Of a stretch of 64,000 nt of DNA, positions 9,832-19,304 are shown in pieces. The DNA is from Planctomycetota bacterium (GTDB lineage Bacteria > Planctomycetota > MHYJ01 > WSZJ01 > JACPWG01): assembly GCA_016197205.1 (NCBI GenBank), contig JACPWG010000096.1, forward strand, positions 29,902 to 93,901. The letters run 5' to 3'. Position 1 is the stretch's first letter; each line of letters starts with the position of its first letter. The notes under the pieces were generated by a model. It worked only from the letters and a program-made list of their open reading frames with translations, made no database searches and was not told where the DNA came from. The position numbers were made by a program, and so were the translations under genes.

Positions 9832-11328
9832 ATGGAAGTTATTCCCGGAGGCGGGCTCGCCGCCGGCCCAGAGGAAAGGAGCAGCTTGGTGTCGCAGAGT
9901 CCGAGCGGAACGTTCCCGGGCACGGAGCCCCCGGCCGGGGCCAAGGGCTTCGCCGTGGCCCTGGCGCGACTCCTCGACGACAGCGCCATGGGCGTGCTCG
10001 CCCTGCTCGCGCTCAGCCTCGCCCTCGTGCCCGTTTTCTTCCATCCGGACGCCCAGGCCCAACGGGACCTGGACCTCGTCGAGTGGCTCATCGTAGCGCT
10101 CTTCGCGACGGAGTACGTGGTCCATTGGCGCCTCGCGCCGAGCCGGAGGGCCTTCCTGACGAATCGCTGGCGCCTCCTCGACCTGGGCATCATCCTGGTC
10201 GCCGTCGCGTCCCTGCTGCCCCACGCGTGGGGGGGACTGCGGGCCTCCCCCGCCCTGCGTCTGCTCCAGGTCGTGCGCGCCTTCCTGCTCGGCACCCGCA
10301 GCGGCGGCGTGATGATCCGGCAGCCGAGCCGGCGCTCGACCGCGGGCGCGCGCGGTCCGCTGCAGGTCTCCGTCCTCGGCGAGGCGGACAAGCTCGCGCC
10401 TCGGCCGGCGGAATGGGAGGATTTTCTGCACTGGTCGCGCCGGCCGGGGGAGGAGTGGGTGCACCTCACCGGTCTCGACCACGAGCGCCTCGCGGAGGTG
10501 GCTCGCTTCGCCGGGCTTTCGCTCGAGCTGCTCGAGTCGGTCTTCGTGACCGCGAGCTACCCACGGATCAAGGCTTCCGGCCGGTTCTCGATCCTCTTCG
10601 TGTGGCTGCCGTCGCTCCGTAAGGAGGGGCCCAGCGGCATCGAGCGCCACGCGCTCCTGCTGCTTTTGAGCGAACGCGAATTGCTCAGCCTTACCCACCG
10701 CCCGACGGACCTCCAGCAGAAGCTCGTGGGAGCGGCGGAGGCGCTGCGCGTCCCCGGAGGCGCCTTCGCGACACGCATGGCGTACGCGGCGCTCAAGAAA
10801 GTCGTGCAACGGTACGAAGACGTGGCGGGCCAGTTCGAGCAGCAGGTCCGGGCGCTGGAGGACGTCCCCGTCCGGGACAGCCGGCCGGAGTTCCTGGAGC
10901 GCGCCTTTCTGCTGAAGCGGGAGATGTCCGCGGTGGAGAGCGACCTCTGGCGTCTGCACGGGATCCTGGAGGCGCTCGCGGAAGGACGCGCGACGCTCAA
11001 GGGAGGGCGCGAGGAGGACGCGGACTTCGTGCGCATCCTGGCCGCGGAGGCGGAGTACCTGCACGAGACCGTGGAAAACCTGCGGGAGGGGCTGCTCTCG
11101 CTCCTCGACCTGCACCTGAACGTCGTCTCGTTCGAGATGAACAAGGTGATGCGCGTACTCGCCGTGGTGAGCGTGCTGGGCCTCTTCCCCTCGGTCGTGG
11201 GGGGCATCCTGGGCATGAACGTCCAGGGCTCGCCGTGGGCGGTGACGCTGCCGCAGGTGGTGTACGGCGTGGGGACCGGGCTGGCCGTTTGCCTCTACTT
11301 CTTCTATGTGAAGGGGTGGCTGCGCTAG
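9832..11328 (+). CDS. Fusion protein: an N-terminal four-helix voltage-sensor-like domain (S1-S4 of the ion_trans family) joined to a C-terminal CorA-type Mg2+/Co2+ transporter domain.
   Basis: The N-terminal motifs LFATEYVVHWR...NRWRLLDLGIILVAV match the voltage-sensor S2 (FxxE(Y)xxR) and S3 (N/R-W-x-x-D). A helix with spaced Arg residues (LRLLQVVRAFLLGTR) follows. The C-terminal half has a CorA coiled-coil and two transmembrane segments with GILGMNV (the GMN motif). ATG at 9832 is chosen; an in-frame GTG at 9766 is an alternative start. Confidence 0.65.
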   Translation: MEVIPGGGLAAGPEERSSLVSQSPSGTFPGTEPPAGAKGFAVALARLLDDSAMGVLALLALSLALVPVFFHPDAQAQRDLDLVEWLIVALFATEYVVHWRLAPSRRAFLTNRWRLLDLGIILVAVASLLPHAWGGLRASPALRLLQVVRAFLLGTRSGGVMIRQPSRRSTAGARGPLQVSVLGEADKLAPRPAEWEDFLHWSRRPGEEWVHLTGLDHERLAEVARFAGLSLELLESVFVTASYPRIKASGRFSILFVWLPSLRKEGPSGIERHALLLLLSERELLSLTHRPTDLQQKLVGAAEALRVPGGAFATRMAYAALKKVVQRYEDVAGQFEQQVRALEDVPVRDSRPEFLERAFLLKREMSAVESDLWRLHGILEALAEGRATLKGGREEDADFVRILAAEAEYLHETVENLREGLLSLLDLHLNVVSFEMNKVMRVLAVVSVLGLFPSVVGGILGMNVQGSPWAVTLPQVVYGVGTGLAVCLYFFYVKGWLR

Positions 11329-11385
11329 CCGCGCGACCGTGGCGTGCCGCGACCGGAGGGCCGCGTGCCGCTCGCACCGTTCGTC

Positions 11386-11610
11386 GTGCCGGCGTGGGCA
11401 CGGCAGCGCCGTGCCCCTACGGCCAGGAGCACGCGGTGTGGCTCGACCCGCGGCCGCATCCGGTAGGGGCACAGCGTCGCCGTGCCCGCGTGAGCGGTCC
11501 GCGCCTCCACGCGGCCGTCGAACGCGTAGGGGCACGGCGCTGCCGTGCCCTCGGCTACGATGGATGCTCTCAATCGGCGGCCAACGGGTAGGGGCACGGC
11601 GTTGCGGTGC
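11386..11610. repeat. Tandem array of four 25-bp hairpin-forming palindromic repeats (GTAGGGGCACGGCGCTGCCGTGCCC) separated by unique 37-42-bp spacers. It is REP/BIME-like; the first copy is inverted.
   Basis: Copies are at about 11386, 11453, 11516 and 11578. The core has the 9-bp stem GGGCACGGC/GCCGTGCCC. Confidence 0.6.
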
Positions 11611-11616
11611 CCTCGA

Positions 11617-12276
11617 CTACGGCCGGCGCCGCCACATGGGGAAGTCGATTCCGGCCAGCCGATTGAGGGCGATCGCCTCGAGCGCGAGCAGAGAGAGCGA
11701 GGCCTGCATGACCAGGAGGTGGACGGGCTGCCGGACGACCCCCAGCGAAATGATCAGGGTCGTTGCGCCCGCGGGGGGGTGGGGGACGCCGAGGAGGAGC
11801 TGGAGGGCGCCGGTGGCCGCGAGCGAGAGCGCGGCGGCGAAAACGCGGGGGCCGTCCACGCCGCTCTGGTACGCGGGGGGGGCGTCGGCCAGGCCGGTCG
11901 CGAGAAGGGCGCCGTAGCCGCAGAGGATGCCGACGGCGTGCCCGAGGAGCGCATTGCGCGGGCTCGCGGCCGGGAGGTTCGGCGTGGAGAAAAAGAGGAT
12001 CGCGGTCGGGCCGAGGGAGGGGAAGAGGAAGGGCAGCTTCGCGAAGTGCGCGATCGCGGCCAGGGTCGCGAGGGTCAGGAAGCCGCTCAGGAAAAAAAAG
12101 GCGGCCCGTACGCGCGGCTCCGGGTAGCGGGCCAGCCACCACGCCAGCCGGAGCCGCGAGGTCGCAGGCGTCACGGCGGCCGCGCCCGTTCCGCCGGTCG
12201 CACTTCCCACCACGCTTCCCGATCCGGCGGCGCCGCCTCCTCCTCCGCTGCCCGGGTCCGGGTTGGTCGTCGTCAT
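11617..12276 (-). CDS. HPP-family integral membrane protein.
   Basis: The motif GVPHPPAGATTLII is present together with four transmembrane segments. Its start overlaps the stop of the upstream response-regulator gene. Confidence 0.7.
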   Translation of the reverse strand: MTTTNPDPGSGGGGGAAGSGSVVGSATGGTGAAAVTPATSRLRLAWWLARYPEPRVRAAFFFLSGFLTLATLAAIAHFAKLPFLFPSLGPTAILFFSTPNLPAASPRNALLGHAVGILCGYGALLATGLADAPPAYQSGVDGPRVFAAALSLAATGALQLLLGVPHPPAGATTLIISLGVVRQPVHLLVMQASLSLLALEAIALNRLAGIDFPMWRRRP

Positions 12277-13199
12277 ACGATCATCGAGTCCATCAGGGAG
12301 CGCTCTTTCGACGACAAAAGCGACTGCGCCACGGTCGAATAGAGCGCATTCGAAGCGTGCGAGGCGAGGAGCGACAGCACCTGTCGCGAGAGCGTGTCCC
12401 GCCCCCCCCCCGCGAGATAGAGCCAGCCGAAGCCCAGGTCCCTGTGCAGCGTGACCGGCACGAGGAGCCCGTCGCCGAACGCCCCCCCCTCCCGCAGGGC
12501 CGGCGCGGTCGGGTCCTCCGCGACCCGCGCCACGACGGCCGCGGCCGCCGCCGCGCCCTTCGCCGGGTCGGGGTCCGTGGCCAGATGCAGCACCCGCCGG
12601 CGCGGGTTCCCCTGCTCCTCGAACGTCTGCAGGTGCAGCACCGCGAGCGGGGTCGGGCAGAGCGTCACCGCCGTCGTGAGCACGCGTTGGAGCGCCGCCT
12701 CGAGCGGTTCGAACGAGCGAAGCGACAGCACCGACTCGTGGAGCAGGCTCAGGAACCCGCGATGCCGCTCCAGCTCCACCAGCTCCTCGAAGGCCTTGAG
12801 AGCGGTGCGCGTCGCGGCATAAAGCCGGCTCGTCGTCAGCTCGGCTTTCGGCAGATACCCGTCGATGTCGTATTCATCAATGGTCTTTTTTTCTGGCGCA
12901 GAGCCCGGCTGCCCGGTCCTCAGCAGGATTCGCACGAACCGGTTCCCCACCTCCTCCCGGATCGCGCGGCAGGCGTCGAGCCCGGCGCTGGAGGTCTCCA
13001 TCACGACGTCGAGCAGGATGACGGCCGTGTCGGGCCGCGCGCGTACGGCCTCGAGCGCCTCCTTGCCGGACGAGGCGGTCGCGAATTCGACCCCCCGGCC
13101 GTGGTACGTGACCCCCTTCAGGCTCATGCGCGTGATGGCGTGCACGTCCGGTTCGTCGTCCACGATCAGGATGCGGTGCTTCTCGGGGAGTTGCATCAT
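12273..13199 (-). CDS. Response regulator with a receiver domain and a DUF3369-like C-terminal domain.
   Basis: The receiver motifs ILIVDDEPDV, LLDVVM and D-x-x-K are present. The start is MMQLPEKHRILIVDD. A 4-nt overlap links it to the downstream HPP gene. Confidence 0.75.
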   Translation of the reverse strand: MMQLPEKHRILIVDDEPDVHAITRMSLKGVTYHGRGVEFATASSGKEALEAVRARPDTAVILLDVVMETSSAGLDACRAIREEVGNRFVRILLRTGQPGSAPEKKTIDEYDIDGYLPKAELTTSRLYAATRTALKAFEELVELERHRGFLSLLHESVLSLRSFEPLEAALQRVLTTAVTLCPTPLAVLHLQTFEEQGNPRRRVLHLATDPDPAKGAAAAAAVVARVAEDPTAPALREGGAFGDGLLVPVTLHRDLGFGWLYLAGGGRDTLSRQVLSLLASHASNALYSTVAQSLLSSKERSLMDSMIV

Positions 13200-13256
13200 G
13201 TCCCTCTATCCTGATAGCCGGTCTACAGCGGTCCAGGTATCTGCGCACCATGCACG

Positions 13257-15950
13257 CTACGGCGCCCGCTCGAGCTCCACCACGGTCGCCTTGAAGTTCG
13301 ACTGCGACGTATACGGGCAGCGACCGACGTGCGACGTCAGGTCGTTCAGGTAGCGGCCGCCGTCCACTTCCGCCCGCGTCTTGTGGAAGCTCACGTACGC
13401 GCCGTCCCCCTTGACCCGGTCGGAGACCACCACCGGGAGGATCAGCACGCCCCCGGTCTCCCGATTCGTGACGCGCGCGCGGTCGCCCGTGGCCAGGCCG
13501 AGCCGCGCCGCCAGCGCGGGCGAAACGTAGAGCGGGTTCTCGGCCGGCATGTCCACGGACGGCGTGGCCTTCCCGGAGTTGAAGGTCGAGATCGCGAATC
13601 GGATCCGCGCCCGATCGTCCGAGAGCGTCGAACGCCCCGAGTTGAGCACGATCCCTTGTGGGAGCAAGAGGTCCTTCTCGGTCGGGACGAAGAACGCGAA
13701 CTTCCGCGGGCGGCGGAAGACGTCCCGAAAAGGCACGTGCTCCGGCTCGTCGTAGGCCAGCCGATACCGCGTGGACCCGACGCCGCCGCTCACGAGCGAG
13801 CCCTGCGCGAGCAGCTCGGACCAGGCGATGGGCCGGCCGTCCGCGTGTTCGGGCCGGCAGTAGAGCGGGCCGCTCCCGCCCGCCATGTACGCCTGCACGC
13901 GCGCCCAGAGCTGGGGACGGCTCACCTCCCCGTCGATGCGGGCGAGCTTGCCGCCCGTTTCCGGCGACTCGAACCTCTCGCGCAGATAGCCCGAGTCGAC
14001 GTGCGGCGCGAGATCGGCGTGCCGTGCCCGCAGCGCCGCGTCCTCCCGCAGGCGGCGCGAAACCGCGGCCCCGGCGTCGTACACGATCGTCGCGTCCGTG
14101 CGCGTTTCGCGCGGCGCGCGCTTGCGGGGGATCGACAGCGTGAACCGCCACTCGCCGTTCTGGTAGAGCTTCGCGGCGGCGATGTGCGGCGGGGCCGGGA
14201 GCACCAACTCCGCGTGGGCGAGCGAGAAGGGGTCGGGGATCGGGTCCACGGCGACGAAGCGCACGTTGGGGGCGGTGAGCTTCTCCTTCCAGCGCAGGCG
14301 GCCGGGCATGTTGCTCTCGAACTGCGTCCCGAAGCAGACGAAGAGCTCCGGCACGGGCGCGGGGTCGGAGTAGTCGAGGGCGGCGCGCGGCGTGTCGCGG
14401 ATCGCGGTCCGGTACGCGTCGTCGGGAAGGCCCATGCGACGGGCGGCTTCGGCCGCGCCGACGTCGTTCGTCGGGATCCGCCCCATGAACGAACGGCGCG
14501 AGAGCCCCTGGACCTCCGTCTGCGCGTTGATCTGGCCCGGGATGCGGAGCGTCCCGCCGGCGGGCGTGCCGTCGGCGCGGAGGCCGTACTTGCCGAGCAT
14601 CGCGAGCAGGCTGCCCCACAGGCAGTGGGCGACCGCGCCCTTCGTCTGGGAAAGCCCGACGGACGGGATGTTGATCGGGACCACGTCGGGACGCACGAGC
14701 CGCGCGGCGATGTCGCGAATTCCCTCCACGAGCCGCGGCGCGAGGTCCGGCTCCGGCGCGATCCGGCCGGCGACTTTCTCCGCCTCGAACGCTTCGGAGG
14801 CGGCGAGGGCCGCGTACTTCTCGAACGTGGCCGGGTCCGCGTAGCGCTCGACGAAGCGCCGGTCGACGGCCTGCGGGTACCTGGCGAGCACTTCGTGCGC
14901 GACGGCGAGGGCGAGTTGCGGGTCGGCGCCCGAGCGGACAAAGAGCACGCGCCCCGGGCCGAGCTTCGCGGCGACGACCTGGGCCGACTCGGTCAATGCG
15001 ACCTCGACCATGTAGGCGTCGAGGTCCTTGCGCTTCATCACGCGCGCGAACGCGGGCGGGTGGCTGATGTAGCCGTTCCAGCCGTTCAGGAGGTAGAAGC
15101 GGCCGGGGCCGTCGAAGCCCTGTTCGAGGGTGAGGAACGGTCCTTCCTGGCCGGTGAGGATTTCGTTGTGGACGGCGCCGGCGTTCAGGCAGTGCTCCGC
15201 GTTGCCGGCGAGATTGAGGATGCCGAGGAGGCGGAAGACCTCCTGGAAGGAGAAGATCGTGAAGTAGTCGACCTGCCCGCAGGCGTAGATGAGCGTGCGG
15301 GCGGAGGTTGGGCGGTGGGCGAGGAGGAGGTCGGCGAGGCGCTCGATGGCCTCCGGGTACGAGATGGCGCGGCGCCGGCCGGTGGCGCGATCGAGCACGC
15401 TGGGCCCGGCATGGATGGGGAAGACGGGCCGTTGCAGGCCGAGCGAGATGCGCAGCTTGGCGCAGCCGGGCGTGGGCACGTGCTGTCTGAGGGTGAGCTT
15501 GGTGCTGTCGATCGTCGGCTGGTGGAGCTTGAAGACGGCGGTAACGCCCTGGGGCGAAGGCCGGTTCTCCACCTGTTGCGCGACGATCGTGCGCGCGATC
15601 TGTTCGACCTCGAGCCGACCGAGGACCGCGGCGCCCGTGGTGGCGACGTGCGCGGGTCCCTCGATTTCGAGGGGATCCGGACCCCTTGCCGGCGCAGGGG
15701 GGGCGGCGGATCGGCCGGCCTGTTCGAGCGTGGGCGTGCCGGTGCCATAGAGGAGCGCCTCGGGTGGCGGAGCGGCCGGCGCCGCCTCGATCTGGGGCAC
15801 CGCACTGTCGCCGACGCCGCAAAAGGCGCAAGAGACTCGCCCGCCGGCGACGGTCTCGCCGCCTTCGCGGAGAAAGGCCGGCGTCTCGGTGAGGTCCTCG
15901 AGGAAGCCCGCGTGATCGAGCGTTCGCGGTTCCCCCGGGGGCGTGGCCAT
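13257..15950 (-). CDS. Molybdopterin-oxidoreductase-family protein (annotated from its C-terminal domain; the N-terminal Fe-S motif is incomplete).
   Basis: ATG at 15950 (MATPPGEPRTLDH) is followed by a weak GGAGAC. The C-terminus ...DRARVTNRETGGVLILPVVVSDRVKGDGAYVSFH resembles a molybdopterin-dinucleotide-binding domain. A Cys pair C-x2-C lies near the N-terminus. Confidence 0.45.
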   Translation of the reverse strand: MATPPGEPRTLDHAGFLEDLTETPAFLREGGETVAGGRVSCAFCGVGDSAVPQIEAAPAAPPPEALLYGTGTPTLEQAGRSAAPPAPARGPDPLEIEGPAHVATTGAAVLGRLEVEQIARTIVAQQVENRPSPQGVTAVFKLHQPTIDSTKLTLRQHVPTPGCAKLRISLGLQRPVFPIHAGPSVLDRATGRRRAISYPEAIERLADLLLAHRPTSARTLIYACGQVDYFTIFSFQEVFRLLGILNLAGNAEHCLNAGAVHNEILTGQEGPFLTLEQGFDGPGRFYLLNGWNGYISHPPAFARVMKRKDLDAYMVEVALTESAQVVAAKLGPGRVLFVRSGADPQLALAVAHEVLARYPQAVDRRFVERYADPATFEKYAALAASEAFEAEKVAGRIAPEPDLAPRLVEGIRDIAARLVRPDVVPINIPSVGLSQTKGAVAHCLWGSLLAMLGKYGLRADGTPAGGTLRIPGQINAQTEVQGLSRRSFMGRIPTNDVGAAEAARRMGLPDDAYRTAIRDTPRAALDYSDPAPVPELFVCFGTQFESNMPGRLRWKEKLTAPNVRFVAVDPIPDPFSLAHAELVLPAPPHIAAAKLYQNGEWRFTLSIPRKRAPRETRTDATIVYDAGAAVSRRLREDAALRARHADLAPHVDSGYLRERFESPETGGKLARIDGEVSRPQLWARVQAYMAGGSGPLYCRPEHADGRPIAWSELLAQGSLVSGGVGSTRYRLAYDEPEHVPFRDVFRRPRKFAFFVPTEKDLLLPQGIVLNSGRSTLSDDRARIRFAISTFNSGKATPSVDMPAENPLYVSPALAARLGLATGDRARVTNRETGGVLILPVVVSDRVKGDGAYVSFHKTRAEVDGGRYLNDLTSHVGRCPYTSQSNFKATVVELERAP

Positions 15951-16236
15951 GAGCGTCTCCACGATGGAGTGGGTGCGCGGGTGCGGCGTGCGGGGAGGTA
16001 GGATAGGGGATCGCGGGGAGGGCCGCAAGGAAAAAATCCTTGCTGCGAGCGGCCTCTGTACCGCCCCGCGGCATTGGGTGACCCATTTGCTCGGCGACTT
16101 TGGCCGCCCGCTTTGTTGCGCTCGCTCGGCGTAGTTCTCCGTTACTACGCCTCGCTCGCGCGCCTCGCAGGCGGCCAAACTTGCCGTCGCCTATTGGCCA
16201 CCGACTTCCGTGGAGCGGTACTCAGCGGACGAAAGT

Positions 16237-18231
16237 TCAGCCCAGCGACTCCGCGGGCGGCGGTGCGGGCGGCTGCTCCGGCGCCGGCGCCGGGACGGTC
16301 CGCGGAAAAGTGACGACCGTGGTCGTGCCCCGCCCGGGCGTGGAGGTCATCGCGATCGTGCCGCGCAGCGACGCGGTGACGAGGTTGTGGACGATGGCGA
16401 GCCCGAGGCCCGTGCCTCCGCGGTCGCGGCCGGTGGTGAAGAAGGCCTCGAACACTCGGGGCAGGTCCTCGGGTGCGATGCCGCGGCCAAAGTCCCGCAC
16501 GCTCAGCGTGAACGTGGGCCGGAGGCCCGGGCCGGCGCCGGCGCCCGGGTCTTCGGGAGCTTCGCCCGCGGCCAGCTCGAGTTCCACGCGGCCCCCCGAG
16601 CCGTCCGGGTAGGCGTAGCGCTCGATGTTCGTGAGCAGGTTGAGAAGCACCTGCGAGAGGTGATGGGGAAAGCCTACCCATTGCCGTGCGTCGGCCGGCA
16701 GGCGATCCTGGATCTCGAGCTGGAGATGGGCCTTTCGGGCGCTCGGCGCGTACAAGGCGAGCGTATCCTCCACCGCGGAACGCAGGTCGACCGTTTCCAG
16801 CGAGTCCTGGGTTTCCTGGATGGAGAGCTTCTTGAAGCTCTGCACCAGGCGGCTGGCCCGGGCGAGGTTCCCTTGGATGAGCTGCGTCGCTTCCCGCAGC
16901 TCTTCGAGCAGGGCCGTCCCCTCCGCGTCCTTGCCGAGAGCCGCGAGCGGGCCCTCCCCCAGTCGCTCTTCGATGATGCTCGCGGCGGTCGTGACGATGC
17001 CGAGCGGCGTGTTGACCTCATGCGCGACGCCGGCGACCATTTGCGCCAGGGAGCGGTGCCGCTCCTTCTCCGCCTCCTCGAGCAGGCGCCGCAGTTTTTC
17101 TTTCGCGGCCAGTCCCTCGGCCATTTTGTTGAACGCGGCGGCGAGCTGGCCCAGTTCGTCGGTCGACCGCAGCTCCAGCCGATGGGCGAAGTCCCCGCCG
17201 GCGATCCTTTCCGTGCCGCGTACGAGGTCCTGGACCGGGGCCGACACGCGGCGGGCGATGCGTGAGCTGACGAGGAGGGAGAGGGGGATGGCGACCAGGG
17301 CGACGCCGAAGGTGATCCAACGAAGACGGCGCCGGAAATCCACCAGCCGCGCGAGCGAGAGGAAGAGCGCGTTCCAGACCGGCGCGCTGGAGCCGCCGCA
17401 GGGAAGCGGCGTGAGGACCGCGCGATAGGGGATGCCGCCGATCCGCTCTTCGAGCCGAAGCTCGGCGGAGGGTGAGGCGTCGCGGAGCCCCGTCTCGAGC
17501 GCGGCCGTCGCGGCGTCGCGCGTGCGGGCATCGAAGCTCGACGCCGCCAGGCGCCCCGCCACCACGTAAGCGACGGCGTCGTCGCCGCCCTGGAGCCGCT
17601 GCATGAGGCGGGTGAGGGCGTCCGTGATCTCGCTCGCGAGGAGGACCGTCCCCGCGAGACGGTCGCGGTCGAACATCGGGTAACCGGCCGCGACGAAAAG
17701 CCGGCCCTCGGCGACGAGGAGCGGGAGCTGTTGGTCCGGGTCTCCCTCGGCCAGCAGTCCTTGCACGAAAGCCGCTTCGGGGAGAGGCTCGGGCGCTGGG
17801 GTGGAGGGGGCGACCGGCCGCGGCTCGAGCTTGGCGGGAGCGCCCGGGGCGCGTTCCGGGTCGCGTTCGGAGAAATAGCGGGCGACGGGCCGGCCCTGCG
17901 CGTCCGTGATCGCGACGAAGTCCGCGGCGATGGCGTGGTACTCCATTTCGTAGAGGGCGACGCCGCCGGCCTTCTCGACCGGCTGCTCGCCGGACAGGCA
18001 CGCCTTGATGCGGGCGGAGTCCGCGAGCAGGGCGGAGGAGCGCAAGAGCTCCCGCCGAAGACGCTCGGTCGTGTCGTCGAAATTTCGCTTGCCGCGCTCG
18101 ACCTGCGCGGCGATCAGCTCTTCGACTTTGGCCGCGTAGAGGGCGTCGAGGGTCAGGAGCGTGCCGCCGAGGAGGACCGCCGCGGCCACGACGAAGAGGA
18201 GGAAGATCCGCGTCCGGAAGGTGAGCGTCAT
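16237..18231 (-). CDS. Sensor histidine kinase with two transmembrane segments, a periplasmic sensor domain, HAMP, HisKA and HATPase_c domains.
   Basis: ATG at 18231 (MTLTFRTRIFLLFVVAAAVLLGG). The H-box is VAHEVNTPLG. The N, G1 and G2 boxes (GGTGLGLAIV) are present. The 4-nt overlap ATGA links it to the upstream phosphoesterase gene. Confidence 0.8.
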   Translation of the reverse strand: MTLTFRTRIFLLFVVAAAVLLGGTLLTLDALYAAKVEELIAAQVERGKRNFDDTTERLRRELLRSSALLADSARIKACLSGEQPVEKAGGVALYEMEYHAIAADFVAITDAQGRPVARYFSERDPERAPGAPAKLEPRPVAPSTPAPEPLPEAAFVQGLLAEGDPDQQLPLLVAEGRLFVAAGYPMFDRDRLAGTVLLASEITDALTRLMQRLQGGDDAVAYVVAGRLAASSFDARTRDAATAALETGLRDASPSAELRLEERIGGIPYRAVLTPLPCGGSSAPVWNALFLSLARLVDFRRRLRWITFGVALVAIPLSLLVSSRIARRVSAPVQDLVRGTERIAGGDFAHRLELRSTDELGQLAAAFNKMAEGLAAKEKLRRLLEEAEKERHRSLAQMVAGVAHEVNTPLGIVTTAASIIEERLGEGPLAALGKDAEGTALLEELREATQLIQGNLARASRLVQSFKKLSIQETQDSLETVDLRSAVEDTLALYAPSARKAHLQLEIQDRLPADARQWVGFPHHLSQVLLNLLTNIERYAYPDGSGGRVELELAAGEAPEDPGAGAGPGLRPTFTLSVRDFGRGIAPEDLPRVFEAFFTTGRDRGGTGLGLAIVHNLVTASLRGTIAMTSTPGRGTTTVVTFPRTVPAPAPEQPPAPPPAESLG

Positions 18232-19007
18232 GAAGCGGCGTCCCCTCCGCCGGGCCTGGCGCGGGCGCGCGGGGGGAGCGGATTCAAGGTCTCCTGCTCC
18301 CAGTCCCCGTCCCCTCTGCGGAAGCACTCGATCCGGCGGGGGCCGTCCTCCCAGTCCACGGTCCAGACGATCTCCTGGCCGTAGGGCTCGCCGAGGGCGC
18401 CCGCGTTGAGGCAAGGCGTGTCGTCGACCCAGTCGAGGCCGAAGGCTTCGTGGATGTGGCCGCAAACGAACAGGCGTGGCCTGAGTCGTGCGATCCACTC
18501 GGAGAGTGCGCGGCTGCCGACCGGGACGCCGCGTTTCAAGCGGTCGATACGCGTCCCGAACGGGGGCGCATGGCAGAGAAAGACGTCCGGCGGGGGAGGG
18601 GCGTGGCCGAAAAGGCGGGAGAGCTTGCCCTGGGCCTGCTCGTCGGTCCATTCGTAAGGGAAATCGAAGAGGGCGGGACCCGCGCCCCCGAAGCCGGCGA
18701 GGTCAAGGTCGGCGACGCGTGTGACCTGGCCGTCGATGTTCGTGCCCGCGGCGTCGGCGGGCGGGTCGGTCAGGTCGTGGTTTCCAGGAACGAAAACGAC
18801 GGGGCAACCCAGCTTCGACTCGGTCCTGCGGAGGACGGCGCGGACGGAGGCGTCGTGCCCGCCCCGGTTGCGGCGCGTCATCGGGTCGAGCGCGACGTCG
18901 CCGACGAGAAGCGCGAGGTCGGGTCGCGGGGACGCCACGACGTCGAGGCAGGCTTCGAGGCGCTCGAGGTGGCCGTGGACATCGCCGAGGACGACGATGC
19001 GTTTCAT
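18228..19007 (-). CDS. Metallophosphoesterase (calcineurin-like).
   Basis: Motifs GDVHG, GD.A.D, GNHD and GH.H are present. ATG at 19007 (MKRIVVLGDVHGH). The in-frame ORF extension upstream of this ATG is unrelated sequence. Confidence 0.75.
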   Translation of the reverse strand: MKRIVVLGDVHGHLERLEACLDVVASPRPDLALLVGDVALDPMTRRNRGGHDASVRAVLRRTESKLGCPVVFVPGNHDLTDPPADAAGTNIDGQVTRVADLDLAGFGGAGPALFDFPYEWTDEQAQGKLSRLFGHAPPPPDVFLCHAPPFGTRIDRLKRGVPVGSRALSEWIARLRPRLFVCGHIHEAFGLDWVDDTPCLNAGALGEPYGQEIVWTVDWEDGPRRIECFRRGDGDWEQETLNPLPPRARARPGGGDAAS

Positions 19008-19255
19008 GGGGCGTGAGACTCCGACCAGGGGGTGACCGACGGCGGGGCGCGGTTGATCGTGCGGCGGCGCACATTCTGACAGCCGGGGCGGGAGGTTGTC
19101 AACTGCGGCGCGCGGGTCGAGTGCGAGATGGGAGGCTGGTGGTGGGAGGGGGCGAGGCGCGAGTTCGTGCGGGCCGGAGGCCCGCACCCCCAGGAGGGGG
19201 GTGACCAGACGGAAGGGCCGCGCGAGGTCCACGGGCGTCGATCCTCGAGCGCACC

Positions 19256-19287
19256 CCCTGGGGGCGCGGGCCTCCGGCCCGCGCGCA
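19256..19287. repeat. REP-like perfect palindrome CCTGGGGGCGCGGGCCTCCGGCCCGCGCG, copy 1 of 3.
   Basis: The 9-bp stem is GCGCGGGCC/GGCCCGCGC with loop TCC. It lies immediately left of the islet's direct repeat. Confidence 0.6.
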
Positions 19288-19304
19288 CGCCGCAACGTCA
19301 ACAC

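Noticed and set aside
11386-11610. CRISPR array call.
   Set aside because: The repeats are imperfect (2-4 mismatches), one copy is inverted, the unit is a perfect hairpin as in REP/BIME elements, and no cas genes or leader are present. It is reported as a palindromic repeat cluster instead.
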